Numbered from the stretch's first letter, positions 9,392 to 19,473 are shown. The stretch: DNA of 43,573 bases from a bacterium (GCA_043745785.1 JAYTSG010000009.1:1-43573); one strand, 5' to 3'. Program-made: numbers and translations. The notes: generated by a model not told the origin, from the sequence alone.

Positions 9392-10062
9392 GTAATCCAT
9401 TTGAAGAAGAAAATATAGCGGTACAGTGGATATCCTCAGTCGAAGGAGAGAGAGGTTTAATGCGAGACAATAAAATATACCCTTCTCTACAAAAATGGTT
9501 TGAAAAAACTTCAAAAAGTGTGGTCGTGGATATTGGATCAGGTCAGGGGATTTGTTCTTCGAAAATATCTGGCTACTCCCGCTACATAGGCGTTGAACCA
9601 TCATCATTTTTAGTTGCAAGAGCAAAAGAATTATATTTTTCCCCAGAGAGAGACTTTCTGGAGGGAGATGCCTATGCGCTGCCACTTTTAGGCACAAGCT
9701 GTGACAATGCATTCTCAATCAATGTCTGGTTTCATTTAGAAAATCTACAAAAAGCGAGTGAGGAGCTCGCAAGGGTTTTAAAAAGAGGGGGAAAGTTTTT
9801 CATCCATACGGCTGATGGTGACGCATTAGATTTTTGGAAAGCATGTTATATTAATCCACAGATTCAGGGTAAAAAAATGACAGGTGAAGTCAAAGTTCCC
9901 ATAAATAATCTTTCGGTAAATACTTTTTATATGTACGACAATGCTGAAGTTTTTAGTGCACTAGAGAAAGCTGGGTTGAAAATTTTAAATGTTACTAAAC
10001 TTGGGCTTCCAGAAAAAGAGAAACCAATCTTTATTGCTATTGAAGGAGAAAAAATACTATAG
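9382..10062 (+). CDS. Class I SAM-dependent methyltransferase
   Basis: VVDIGSGQG, YIGVEPS, GDAYALPL, ELARVLKRGG; start moved to the ATG at 9382 after TATACT. Confidence 0.9.
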   Translation: MKESNPFEEENIAVQWISSVEGERGLMRDNKIYPSLQKWFEKTSKSVVVDIGSGQGICSSKISGYSRYIGVEPSSFLVARAKELYFSPERDFLEGDAYALPLLGTSCDNAFSINVWFHLENLQKASEELARVLKRGGKFFIHTADGDALDFWKACYINPQIQGKKMTGEVKVPINNLSVNTFYMYDNAEVFSALEKAGLKILNVTKLGLPEKEKPIFIAIEGEKIL

Positions 10063-10139
10063 GCGCAATGATTAAGAATAAAAAAATTATCTTTTTTGAT
10101 GGAGATAGAGACGTCGTCAACGCGGAGATATTTCCTTAA

Positions 10140-10223
10140 AAATAGTTCCTCTTAAGTTTCTTACAAAAAACGCATCATGTACGCGTGCGCTTTTTGTTTG
10201 GCATACTCACCCTATGGAAGAAA
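10140..10223 (+). repeat. Terminator-promoter-ATG module, copy 2
   Basis: aaatagttcctcttaagtttcttacaaaaaacgcatcat...tttttgtttggcatact...atggaagaaa. Confidence 0.85.
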
Positions 10224-10701
10224 TAAAAGAAATTGAAGCGAAAGCAAAACTAAAAAATAAAGATGAAATTTCCTTCGTATAAGAGAAGTAAATGGTACGT
10301 ACGAATTTACTTTAAAACAGTCTCAATCAAATGAACTCGATGTTATAAAAAGAACGATAGAGATCTCTGATAAAAAAGCTCTCCACGACATCCTTCTCTT
10401 CTTGGGTTTTAAAGAAATCATTACGGTCACGAAAGAAAGGCGTCACGCATCATATAAAGAATGGATACTTTGCTTGGACGAAGTAGAAAATCTCGGTTCA
10501 TTTCTAGAAATAGAATATATTGGGACTAAAAATGTAGAGATCGTACAAAAAGAAGAGAAAGATTTTTTGAAAACGCTTCTGATTTCTGAAGAAGATATTG
10601 TTCTTTCTGGATACCATGCGATGTTATGTCAAAAACTTTTCTCAAAAGACAGTGAAAATAAGGGTAAAAAGTGGAGTACAAGTGTTTTTTTTATGGTATA
10701 A
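10214..10701 (+). pseudogene. CYTH-domain (class IV adenylate cyclase-like) pseudogene with internal deletion and frameshift
   Basis: MEEIKEIEAKAKL (ExExK motif) stops at 10280-10282; another frame continues FLRIRE...FTLK...LGFKEIITVTKERR...CLDEVENLGSFLEIE. Confidence 0.8.
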
Positions 10702-10711
10702 TTAGGTACTT

Positions 10712-13297
10712 ATGTCACTACTTACAAAGATTTTCCCGAAAGAAGAAGAGCGTCTTGTTAAAAAACTTACCCGCGAGGCAGAGGCAGTATTTCTCCTTGA
10801 GGAAGAGTTTAAAACGCTCACTCCAGATGGACTTAAAGAAAAAAGCGCACTACTTCGAGGCAGGGTTATGCAAGCTATCGATAGCAAAGATGGGCAAGAG
10901 AGGAAACTCGCTGAGACAAAAATCTTAGACGAAGTGCTTCCTGAGGCTTTTGCTCTCGTCCGTGAGGCTGCGCGCCGTACACTTCATATGATGCACTATA
11001 AGGTACAAGTAGTTGGAGGTATACTTCTTCATCGTGGTAATATCGCAGAAATGAGAACAGGAGAAGGAAAGACTTTAGTAGCAACTCTACCTGCGTATTT
11101 AAATGCGCTCACTGGGCGCGGAGTGCATGTGGTGACGGTCAACGACTACCTTTCACGTCGTGATGCCGTATGGATGGGGCAGGTATATCACGCTCTCGGT
11201 GTTAGTGTCTCTGTCATCAATCACCAGTCATCATTTACCTATGACGCCCTCCAAGCAGGAACCGCTGTCGAAGAGACAGAAGAAACGAAAGCAGAAGAAA
11301 GCTTTAAAGTTATGTACGAATTCCTCCGCCCAGCTTCTCGTAAAGAGGCGTATGCTTGTGACGTCACCTACGGTACCAATAATGAATTCGGTTTTGATTA
11401 TTTGAGAGACAATATTGGCTATGATGAAGGAAGTCTCGTCCAAAGAGGTTTTCATTACGCTATCGTCGACGAAATAGACTCGATACTGATTGATGAATCT
11501 CGTACACCACTGATTATCTCTGCTCCAGCTCGTGAGTCAAGCGAAGAATATAAACGGTTCGCACGTATTGCTGATGAACTTGAAGAAGGTCCTCATTATA
11601 CTGTTGATGAAAAACAGCGAGCCATTTCACTTTCCGAAGAAGGTATTGAACGCGCAGAACTTCTTCTTGGAGTTAAAAATATCTATACTACTGAAGGCAT
11701 GAAACATGTGCATCATTTAGAGACTGCCATCAAAGCAAAGGCTCTCTTTTTACTTGAAAAAGAATATGTGGTGAAAAATGGAGAGGTAATTATCGTCGAC
11801 GAATTTACTGGGCGTATGCAACCAGGGAGACGTTGGTCAGACGGACTGCATCAAGCTGTCGAGGCTAAAGAAGGTGTTGAGGTGAAAGAAGAGTCGAGGA
11901 CACTCGCTTCGGTGACTTTTCAAAATTATTTTAGATTTTACGAGAAACTTGCTGGCATGACCGGTACCGCAGAGACATCGAAAGAAGAATTTTATAAAGT
12001 GTACGGCTTGCCCGTAGTTCCTGTGCCAACACACAATGCTATTCGTCGTAACGATCACAGTGATCTTATTTTTCAAAATGAAAAAGGAAAGTGGAAAGCG
12101 CTTTCAAAACGTGTAAAAGAATTGTATGAAAAAGGTCAGCCAGTATTGATCGGCACTATTTCTATCGAGAGAAATGAACTTCTTTCTAAATATCTTGAAA
12201 GAGAGGGAGTGCCTCATGCTATCTTGAACGCTAAGAATCATGAAAGAGAAGGAGAAATAATCGCTGAAGCGGGAAAAAAATCTGCAGTCACTATTGCTAC
12301 GAACATGGCAGGGCGCGGTGTGGATATCAAACTCGGCGGACCACTAGCGACACAAGCAGAAAAAGAAGCTGTGATAGGTCTCGGAGGGCTTTTTGTCATT
12401 GGTACTGAGCGTCACGAGGCACGTCGTATCGACAATCAGTTACGAGGTCGGGCAGGTCGCCAAGGTGACCCTGGTGAGACACAATTCTTTGTGTCTCTTG
12501 AAGATGATCTCATGCGTGTCTTTGGTGGAGAAGGTGTCAAAAATATGATGGGTAAAATTGGTCTTCCTGAAGATGAAGCAATACAATCAAGATTTGTCTC
12601 GAAAGCTCTTGAAAGTGCTCAAGAAAAAATCGAAGGATTTCATTTTGATTCTCGTAAGCACACTCTTCAATATGACGACATACTGAATGTGCAGCGTAAA
12701 AGTGTGTATGAAAAACGTAAAAAGATTTTAGCTGGCGACGTAGTGTATATCGATGGACTTATTACTGAACTTGAAGAAAAAAAACCTGGTATCAAAGTAC
12801 TTCTTGAAGAAAAGTATGAGAAGTTTGGACAAGACTCAGTGCGCTATACTTTCTCTGTTATGCTTCTTCAAATTATAGATGCTTTCTGGATGGAGCATCT
12901 TGATGCTATGGAACATCTTCGCCAAAGTGTGGGACTGCGTGCTTATGGTCAGCGTGATCCTCTCGTTGAGTATAAGAAAGAGGCGTTACATATGTATAAA
13001 GGTCTTGATGGTCAAATTAAAAATGACGCTATTCTTTTTATTGAAAATATGGAAAGTATCTTTACCGTAAATAGAGCAGCAGAAGGTAGAGAGATGCCGA
13101 CTAATGTTTCGCTCTCTACAACGGCGACAAATATTTTAACTGCTTCTGGCGATATACAATCTCCCGTCAAGAATATTCAAAGCGCTTCTACTCCTTTAGA
13201 AACTGAAAAATATGGTAGAAATGATCTCTGTCCTTGTGGTAGTGGAAAGAAAGTGAAAAAGTGTGATTGTCAAGAGTTTGGACATTTGAGGAAGTGA
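10712..13297 (+). CDS. secA: Preprotein translocase ATPase SecA
   Basis: EMRTGEGKT, HVVTVNDYL, VDEIDS, ATNMAGRGVDI, QLRGRAGRQGDPG, SEC-C motif GRNDLCPCGSGKK. Confidence 0.99.
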   Translation: MSLLTKIFPKEEERLVKKLTREAEAVFLLEEEFKTLTPDGLKEKSALLRGRVMQAIDSKDGQERKLAETKILDEVLPEAFALVREAARRTLHMMHYKVQVVGGILLHRGNIAEMRTGEGKTLVATLPAYLNALTGRGVHVVTVNDYLSRRDAVWMGQVYHALGVSVSVINHQSSFTYDALQAGTAVEETEETKAEESFKVMYEFLRPASRKEAYACDVTYGTNNEFGFDYLRDNIGYDEGSLVQRGFHYAIVDEIDSILIDESRTPLIISAPARESSEEYKRFARIADELEEGPHYTVDEKQRAISLSEEGIERAELLLGVKNIYTTEGMKHVHHLETAIKAKALFLLEKEYVVKNGEVIIVDEFTGRMQPGRRWSDGLHQAVEAKEGVEVKEESRTLASVTFQNYFRFYEKLAGMTGTAETSKEEFYKVYGLPVVPVPTHNAIRRNDHSDLIFQNEKGKWKALSKRVKELYEKGQPVLIGTISIERNELLSKYLEREGVPHAILNAKNHEREGEIIAEAGKKSAVTIATNMAGRGVDIKLGGPLATQAEKEAVIGLGGLFVIGTERHEARRIDNQLRGRAGRQGDPGETQFFVSLEDDLMRVFGGEGVKNMMGKIGLPEDEAIQSRFVSKALESAQEKIEGFHFDSRKHTLQYDDILNVQRKSVYEKRKKILAGDVVYIDGLITELEEKKPGIKVLLEEKYEKFGQDSVRYTFSVMLLQIIDAFWMEHLDAMEHLRQSVGLRAYGQRDPLVEYKKEALHMYKGLDGQIKNDAILFIENMESIFTVNRAAEGREMPTNVSLSTTATNILTASGDIQSPVKNIQSASTPLETEKYGRNDLCPCGSGKKVKKCDCQEFGHLRK

Positions 13298-13392
13298 GGA
13301 AGATAGTCGTTCTAGGCTGTTGGTATTTTTGATTAGTTAGACACAAAGTATGGTCGTAAAACGACTGTGTCTGTGTTATTTTAGTGCCCCTA

Positions 13393-13550
13393 TGTTATTC
13401 TGGAATTTCACTATGCATTCTGTGAAATGTCTGATTTAGTAAAATCACGTATGACGCTGGGATCTAGGTTCGCATCTTGTTTGTAAGTAAAAAATATATA
13501 ATCCAGGTCTGGATCCCAGAATTTTTGGTTACAAAAATTCTGGGATGACA
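13393..13550. repeat. REP/WPE-like palindromic element, copy A
   Basis: tgttattctggaatt...gggatctag...tctggatcccagaatttttg-gtta-caaaaattctgggatgaca; shares a core with 27498-27658 in inverted orientation. Confidence 0.7.
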
Positions 13551-13665
13551 TTCTTGTTGATACTCAGTCAATTAAATGTAATCTCGGCAATAAAAAATCT
13601 CTCTACCCTCAGTAGGCTCTTTCACTTTATGATAAACTACATCCTATATAAATAGCAACAACATC

Positions 13666-14943
13666 ATGAAAGAACTCGCTAAAAAAATTATCATTGCCAT
13701 TTTGAATTGGGAGGCACTACGTGTCCTTAAAAAGAAAAAACCATTTGTCATTGCTGTCACGGGGAATCTCGGTAAAACTTCTACTAAAGATGCCATCTAT
13801 GCCGTCATGAAGGAACATTTTCATGTGCGTCGTAGCGAAAAAAGTTTCAATAGTGATTTTGGAGTACCTCTCACTATTTTAGGAGAAAAAAGTGCGTGGA
13901 GTCACCCGCTCAAATGGCTAGGTATTATGTATCGTGGATTTTTTGTGGCAAATGATGCGCAGTATCCGACGCATCTCGTGCTCGAAGTCGGAGCGGATAA
14001 GCCGGGAGACATAGAAAATGTTTCCAAGTGGCTGAAGCTCGATATAGCCGTCATGACACAATTTGCTGAAGTTCCTGTGCATGTAGAATTTTTCAAAGAT
14101 AGAAATCATCTTGTCAAAGAAAAAGAATATTTACCCAAAGCGCTCGATAAGGAAGGACTCTTTATTTACAATGCTGATGATCATGACTCGGTGCTGATGA
14201 AAGACAGAATCAAGCGCCGCCATCTTTCCTATGGCATAGAGACCGTCTCAGACGCGTACGCTCATGACATTACTTTTTATGGTGAGCCAGATGGTACCGA
14301 GGCAAAGGCTGTCGTCCGTAGTGAAGAGGTGACGCTCGTTCTCCCTGAAGTGCTCGGTAAGAGTTCTGTTTATGCGGCCCTCCCTGCGCTTCTCATTGCG
14401 AAAGAACTAAACATTCCGCTTTCCCTTGCGGTAGCTTCCATTCGTGATGAAGAAAAACCAAAAGGTCGTATGAGAATACTTTCTGGGATGAATGATTCTA
14501 TTATTATCGATGATACCTATAACTCTTCGCCCAAGGCGGTGACTCATGGTCTCAAATCTCTTGAGTCCCTTGAAATAAAAGGACGTAAGATTGCAGTCTT
14601 AGGTGACATGCTTGAGCTTGGCCTCCATACCAGAGATGAGCATTACAAAGTGGGAGCACTGGTAGCTAAGAGTGCTCATATGCTCATCACTGTCGGCGTG
14701 CGCTCACGTTTTATTGCAGAAGGTGCGCTCGATAATGGTATGTCCGATGTACATATACTCGAATGTGACAATGCTATTGATGCAGGCAGAGAACTAGCAC
14801 AGCTCATTCGCGAAGGTGATCTCATTTATGTCAAAGGGTCACAAAGTATGCGTATGGAAAAGGCAGTGAAAATGATATTGCGGGCCGAACATGATCCAGA
14901 TAAGCTACTGGTAAGGCAAGATAAAGAGTGGTTACTGAAGTAG
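13666..14943 (+). CDS. murF: UDP-N-acetylmuramoyl-tripeptide--D-Ala-D-Ala ligase
   Basis: VTGNLGKTSTK, NSDFGVPLT, IDDTYNSSP, VLGDMLELG, VKGSQSMRME. Confidence 0.92.
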   Translation: MKELAKKIIIAILNWEALRVLKKKKPFVIAVTGNLGKTSTKDAIYAVMKEHFHVRRSEKSFNSDFGVPLTILGEKSAWSHPLKWLGIMYRGFFVANDAQYPTHLVLEVGADKPGDIENVSKWLKLDIAVMTQFAEVPVHVEFFKDRNHLVKEKEYLPKALDKEGLFIYNADDHDSVLMKDRIKRRHLSYGIETVSDAYAHDITFYGEPDGTEAKAVVRSEEVTLVLPEVLGKSSVYAALPALLIAKELNIPLSLAVASIRDEEKPKGRMRILSGMNDSIIIDDTYNSSPKAVTHGLKSLESLEIKGRKIAVLGDMLELGLHTRDEHYKVGALVAKSAHMLITVGVRSRFIAEGALDNGMSDVHILECDNAIDAGRELAQLIREGDLIYVKGSQSMRMEKAVKMILRAEHDPDKLLVRQDKEWLLK

Positions 14944-15045
14944 CTCCTTCACAAGTAATAGATAGTGTGATACCATTGTCTAACTTGTGTGTACGGGAGA
15001 TTCTCTCTCGTATGCTCCAAGTGTGTCAGGATGGAGAAAAATCAA

Positions 15046-15552
15046 ATGAATTTGACAATCTCAGGTCATCACATTGATGTGACGCCCGCACTCCGCCAGT
15101 GTGTCATCACCAAACTCGACCGGATTATCCGGCACTTCAGCCAAATGATCAACATCACTGTTCTGCTGACGGCTGAGAACTTGAGGGAGGGTCGACGGCA
15201 AAAAGTTGAAATCACCATCTGTGCCAAGGGTAAGAAGATCTTCTTGAAGCAAGTGAGCGAGAGCATGTACTCAGCTATCGACCAACTGATGAGCAGGCTC
15301 GATACCCAGGTCTGTCGGCACAAGGGCAAGGTGCAAAAACATGACCGTAAAAATTCCAGGTGGAAACAATGTCAGGAAGCCGATGTTGTCACTGTCGGTA
15401 CAACTGAGATTCCTTTTGTACCGTCAGGTCGTCCGGCAATCGTACTCGGTGATTTCACCGTTGCGAGCGCAAATGAACCGGCTTACGAAGTGATTCGTCG
15501 CGCGATGCATCCACTAGGTGTCAGTGCTCCTACGGCCACCTCTACTGCCTGA
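15046..15552 (+). CDS. hpf: Ribosome hibernation promoting factor (HPF/RaiA) with C-terminal extension
   Basis: MNLTISGHHIDVTPALR...KLDRIIRHF...MYSAIDQLMSRLDTQVCRHKGK; GGAG SD 9 nt before the ATG at 15046. Confidence 0.85.
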   Translation: MNLTISGHHIDVTPALRQCVITKLDRIIRHFSQMINITVLLTAENLREGRRQKVEITICAKGKKIFLKQVSESMYSAIDQLMSRLDTQVCRHKGKVQKHDRKNSRWKQCQEADVVTVGTTEIPFVPSGRPAIVLGDFTVASANEPAYEVIRRAMHPLGVSAPTATSTA

Positions 15553-15582
15553 CCACCCAAGCGACTCACCCTCGCAAAAACT

Positions 15583-15610
15583 CCGCCCTTTCTCCGGGCG
15601 GTTTTTCTTT
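15583..15610 (+). terminator. Intrinsic terminator after hpf
   Basis: ccgccc-tttctcc-gggcgg followed by a T-run. Confidence 0.8.
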
Positions 15611-15677
15611 TATATCTCCACTAAATAGTAGAGATAATATTCCTATAAAGAAAACATGGTCATGGTTTAAAGACGAT

Positions 15678-16331
15678 ATGAAATTTACAGCAGAGTCTGG
15701 AATACCCTTAAGTCTTGGTAATTTCTATAAACTACTACAAAATACTTTTTATTATGGAAGATTTGAGTACCCTAGAGATTCAGGTAATTGGTACAATGGT
15801 GCACATAAGCCAATCATATCAAAAGATATTTTTGACTTAACCCAAGAAAAGATTAAGAGTCAAATACTAGAAGCACGTCACGGGCAGAAAGAATTTGCTT
15901 TTACCAAGATAATGACTTGTGGGTTATGTGGTTCAGGTATTACGGCAGATGAAAAGTTCAAACATCAACAAAATGGAAATGTGCATCGTTGTGTATATTA
16001 CAGATGTACTAGAATAAGAGATCAGAATTGCAAGTATACAGCTATCAATGAAGATGACCTTACAGAACAATTGAAAGGTTTACTTGACGATGCTGATATT
16101 CATACAGTTTCAATGAAGGAGAAAATAACAAGAGAAGTAAAAAGATTTAAGAAGTTTGAGTATATGTTACTGGGAAATAAAACACCTGTCGCGGTAAAAG
16201 ACATAGACATTAGAAACTATGCAAAGTTTATTTTACAGGAGGGAGACATAGAAGAAAAGCGAGAACTATTAAGGTGTTTAAAGAGTGGAATAGTCTTAGA
16301 TAACAAAAAGATTTCACTTAAAACTTATTAG
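15678..16331 (+). pseudogene. Large serine recombinase C-terminal fragment (recombinase and zinc-ribbon domains; catalytic domain missing)
   Basis: LLQNTFYYG, GAHKPIISKDIF, CGLCG...YYRC...C; no N-terminal YxRxS resolvase domain upstream. Confidence 0.8.
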
Positions 16332-16464
16332 ACTAAGTCTATTTATTGTATAATTTTCAACATATGAAATCGTAGAAGTTCTTTCAATTTCAAGTTTAGC
16401 ATCTATCGCTTATTTTTTATGAAGAAAATGTACAGAGACTGGTATTTAGTATATTGATATCATC

Positions 16465-16496
16465 CTCATAATTTCTTCATAATTAAAGTATAATAT
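16465..16496 (+). promoter_or_regulatory. Direct-repeat operator plus -10 (site 1)
   Basis: CTCATA-atttc-TTCATA-N9-TAATAT. Confidence 0.7.
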
Positions 16497-16504
16497 GACT
16501 AGAT

Positions 16505-17176
16505 ATGAGAATACTTATTGTTGAAGACCAAGAAAAACTAGCAAACTCTATTAAAAAGGGATTGGAGCGTATTGGCTATGCAGTAGATATGGCACATGAC
16601 GGAGCAAAAGGACTTCGTATGATAGAAGCGATGCCAGACCACTTTGACTTGATACTGCTTGATATTATGCTTCCTGAAATTGATGGACTTACAGTATGTA
16701 AGCGATTACGTGAAAAACATAATATGGTTCCAATCTTAATGCTGACAGCTAAAGATACACTTGATGACAAAATAAGTGGTCTTGATGTTGGAGCAGATGA
16801 CTATCTTGTTAAGCCATTTGAATTTGATGAACTAACTGCACGAATGAGGGCACTACTTCGTCGTCCAAAAGTTGCTCTTGAAGTAGAATTGAGTGGATCA
16901 AAAATAACACTTAATACCGCAAAATATATTGTTGAAAAAAATGGTAAAGAAGTGAAATTAACCTCAAAAGAGTTTGCAATACTAGAACTCTTTTTGCGAA
17001 ATAAAAATCAAGTACTCCATCGCGACAAAATAATTGCCCACGTCTGGGATTTTAACTATGATACCTTTTCAAATATTGTTGATGTGCATATAAAAAATCT
17101 ACGAAAGAAACTACAAAGTAAAAATGAAGATATTTTTGAAACAGTACACGGAGTTGGTTATAGATTTAACGCATAA
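16505..17176 (+). CDS. OmpR/PhoB-family response regulator
   Basis: MRILIVED, LLDIMLP, LTAKD, GADDYLVKPF, ETVHGVGY. Confidence 0.97.
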   Translation: MRILIVEDQEKLANSIKKGLERIGYAVDMAHDGAKGLRMIEAMPDHFDLILLDIMLPEIDGLTVCKRLREKHNMVPILMLTAKDTLDDKISGLDVGADDYLVKPFEFDELTARMRALLRRPKVALEVELSGSKITLNTAKYIVEKNGKEVKLTSKEFAILELFLRNKNQVLHRDKIIAHVWDFNYDTFSNIVDVHIKNLRKKLQSKNEDIFETVHGVGYRFNA

Positions 17177-17179
17177 TAT

Positions 17180-18148
17180 ATGAAAAATAATATCTTCCAA
17201 AAAGCTCGAATAAAACTGACTCTCTACTATATTGGGATTATGGCAGTTATTCTTTTTACTTTTAGTAGTGTTTTGATATTTACTATTGAATCAAAAATAA
17301 GGCAAGGATTTAGAGATAGAATTATCATGACAGAAACAGAGGGAGATCCAGTTCAAAATACAAGTGATGATATAGAAATGCTCATATATATTGTAGATGG
17401 AATACTCTTAGTCATCATAGGTTTTTCTAGTTACTTTCTTGCAGGGAAAACATTAAAACCGATCAAAGAAGCACTCGATGCGCAGAAGAAATTTTCTGCC
17501 GATGCATCGCATGATTTGCGTACACCACTTGCAATTATGACTACAGAATCAGAAGTTATACTACAGAATAAGAGTGCGTCTACGGACGAATTACGAAATA
17601 CTATTGGGAGTAACCTAGAAGAAACTAAAAAGATGTCCAAGCTTGTCAACGATTTATTGCTTATTTCTAGGGGAGATAATCAAGCTTCAATATATTCATA
17701 TACTGAAATAAACTTACACAAATTTATTAGTGCAACTGTAGCCAAAATTAAACCACAAGCAGAAAGTAAGGGGTTGGGGTTGAATCTATGTGAATACAAA
17801 GAAATACTAGTTACCATAGATGAAGATAACTTTGAAAGAGCGATTCTCAATATTCTTCAAAATGCTATTAAATATAGTGAAGTTGGAAGTATTAGTATTG
17901 AACTAAGCAACACTATTAATAGTATATATATAGTAATCAAAGATACGGGAGTAGGTATAAATCAAAAAGATTTATCGTATGTGTTCGACAGATTTTACAA
18001 AGCTGAACATTCAAGAAATGATTCATCTTCATCTGGTCTTGGTTTACCTATCGCAAAACTGATAATAGAGGAGCATATGGGAAGTATTGCAATTGAGAGT
18101 GAAGTTAATAAAGGAACTATCGTAACTATTATTTTATCAAATAAATAA
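17180..18148 (+). CDS. Sensor histidine kinase with a short extracytoplasmic loop
   Basis: Two TM segments, ASHDLRTPL H-box, NILQNAIKY, DTGVGI, FDRFYK, GLGLPI. Confidence 0.96.
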   Translation: MKNNIFQKARIKLTLYYIGIMAVILFTFSSVLIFTIESKIRQGFRDRIIMTETEGDPVQNTSDDIEMLIYIVDGILLVIIGFSSYFLAGKTLKPIKEALDAQKKFSADASHDLRTPLAIMTTESEVILQNKSASTDELRNTIGSNLEETKKMSKLVNDLLLISRGDNQASIYSYTEINLHKFISATVAKIKPQAESKGLGLNLCEYKEILVTIDEDNFERAILNILQNAIKYSEVGSISIELSNTINSIYIVIKDTGVGINQKDLSYVFDRFYKAEHSRNDSSSSGLGLPIAKLIIEEHMGSIAIESEVNKGTIVTIILSNK

Positions 18149-18151
18149 CTC

Positions 18152-18859
18152 ATGTATCCCTTATATAAAGATACCAGAGCCCTCTGGCTAAAACTAAAGA
18201 TAGATAAACAGTTTAGAAATAACTTACTAAAGACTATAGTAGTGAGCGCATTATTTTTCTGGCTATTATTCTACCTTGGATCTGAAGCAAAAGAAGCCAA
18301 CTTCCTCACTCAAGCAAAAGTACAACATTTTATTTTACAGTATGGCTACTTTTCTTGGCTTGTATACATAGGAGTACTCTTGGTTGCTATCATGTCTCCC
18401 TTGCCAGATACCCCTATAGTATTAGCTGGTGGTTTTATCTTTGGACCATATGTGGCTATTCCTTTAACAATCATTGGACAAGTACTCGGATCAACTGTTG
18501 ATTTTTATCTCGCAAGAAAATTAGGAAGAAGTTTTGTCACTAAGAAGTTTCCTAAGGCAACCAGCACTCTCAATGCATACAGCCATAAACTTGGCTGGCA
18601 AACAGTATTTCTTATGAGGCTTACCCCAACATTATCTTTTGATATTTTAAGCTATGCAGCAGGTCTTTCAACGATACGATACAAGTCCTACATACTTGCC
18701 ACTCTCTGCGGTATGATACCTTTGAGTATAATAACTGCCTTGCTTGGTTATAGTGCTGGGCTTCATTCAAAAATGTCACCTATAATAATACTTATTATAG
18801 GTGCGATTACCATTACTGTTGTATTTTTCCTTTTTAAAAAGATAAATAAAAAGCCTTAG
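18152..18859 (+). CDS. TVP38/TMEM64 (VTT/DedA superfamily) membrane protein
   Basis: PLP...LAGGFIFG...GSTVDFYLARKLGR...RLTP...SYAAG. Confidence 0.9.
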   Translation: MYPLYKDTRALWLKLKIDKQFRNNLLKTIVVSALFFWLLFYLGSEAKEANFLTQAKVQHFILQYGYFSWLVYIGVLLVAIMSPLPDTPIVLAGGFIFGPYVAIPLTIIGQVLGSTVDFYLARKLGRSFVTKKFPKATSTLNAYSHKLGWQTVFLMRLTPTLSFDILSYAAGLSTIRYKSYILATLCGMIPLSIITALLGYSAGLHSKMSPIIILIIGAITITVVFFLFKKINKKP

Positions 18860-18862
18860 TTG

Positions 18863-18894
18863 TTCATTATTTCCTCATAGTATATTTGTATAGT
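18863..18894 (+). promoter_or_regulatory. Direct-repeat operator plus -10 (site 2)
   Basis: TTCATT-atttc-CTCATA-N9-TATAGT. Confidence 0.7.
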
Positions 18895-18953
18895 TATAAT
18901 AATTCATACTCGTCATATGAATAATTATTAGTAAGTTAATTACAAATATAACT

Positions 18954-19439
18954 ATGAAAAAAACAAAATTACCCATGTTCGCATTAGGAGCATTATTGCT
19001 CGGAGCAGGAGGATCAATCGCTGTACAGACATTTGCACAGACACCAGAACTTGTTCAAAGAAGTGCAGTAGTTTCAAACCAAACTATTGACCAGAAAGAC
19101 GATCAAGGAAATGATGTCGAATCAAATAATGATCAAGAGGATGTTGTACCAGCAAGTATTCTCGCTCAAGTTAAGATAACTGAGACGCAAGCAAGACAAA
19201 TTGCCTTAAGTGCAAATCCAGGGACAACCATAAAAACAATTGTCATTGGAGACGAAGACGGTAAAGCAATTTATGAGGTTGAATTATCTAACAATACAGA
19301 AGTTAAAATTGATGCAGTAAATGGTGCTACTTTAAAGGCTGATAAAGAGGATATGGATGTTGAGAATGACCACACTGACAAGAAAGATGCTCGAGGAAAT
19401 GATGTTGAGGAAAATGATAGTCCTGATGCAAACGATTAG
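18954..19439 (+). CDS. Secreted PepSY-domain protein
   Basis: Signal peptide; KITETQARQIAL...DEDGKAIYEVEL...VKIDAVNGATL. Confidence 0.9.
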   Translation: MKKTKLPMFALGALLLGAGGSIAVQTFAQTPELVQRSAVVSNQTIDQKDDQGNDVESNNDQEDVVPASILAQVKITETQARQIALSANPGTTIKTIVIGDEDGKAIYEVELSNNTEVKIDAVNGATLKADKEDMDVENDHTDKKDARGNDVEENDSPDAND

Positions 19440-19473
19440 TCGATACTATTACTAAATATAACTATAAAAATAC

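Noticed and set aside
14940-15680. attL duplicate of the tRNA-Glu 3' end
   Set aside because: No match to tggtgaccctacagagag found by eye
16415-16430. Fifth operator site (reverse tttcttcataa)
   Set aside because: Only one good half-site and no correctly spaced -10
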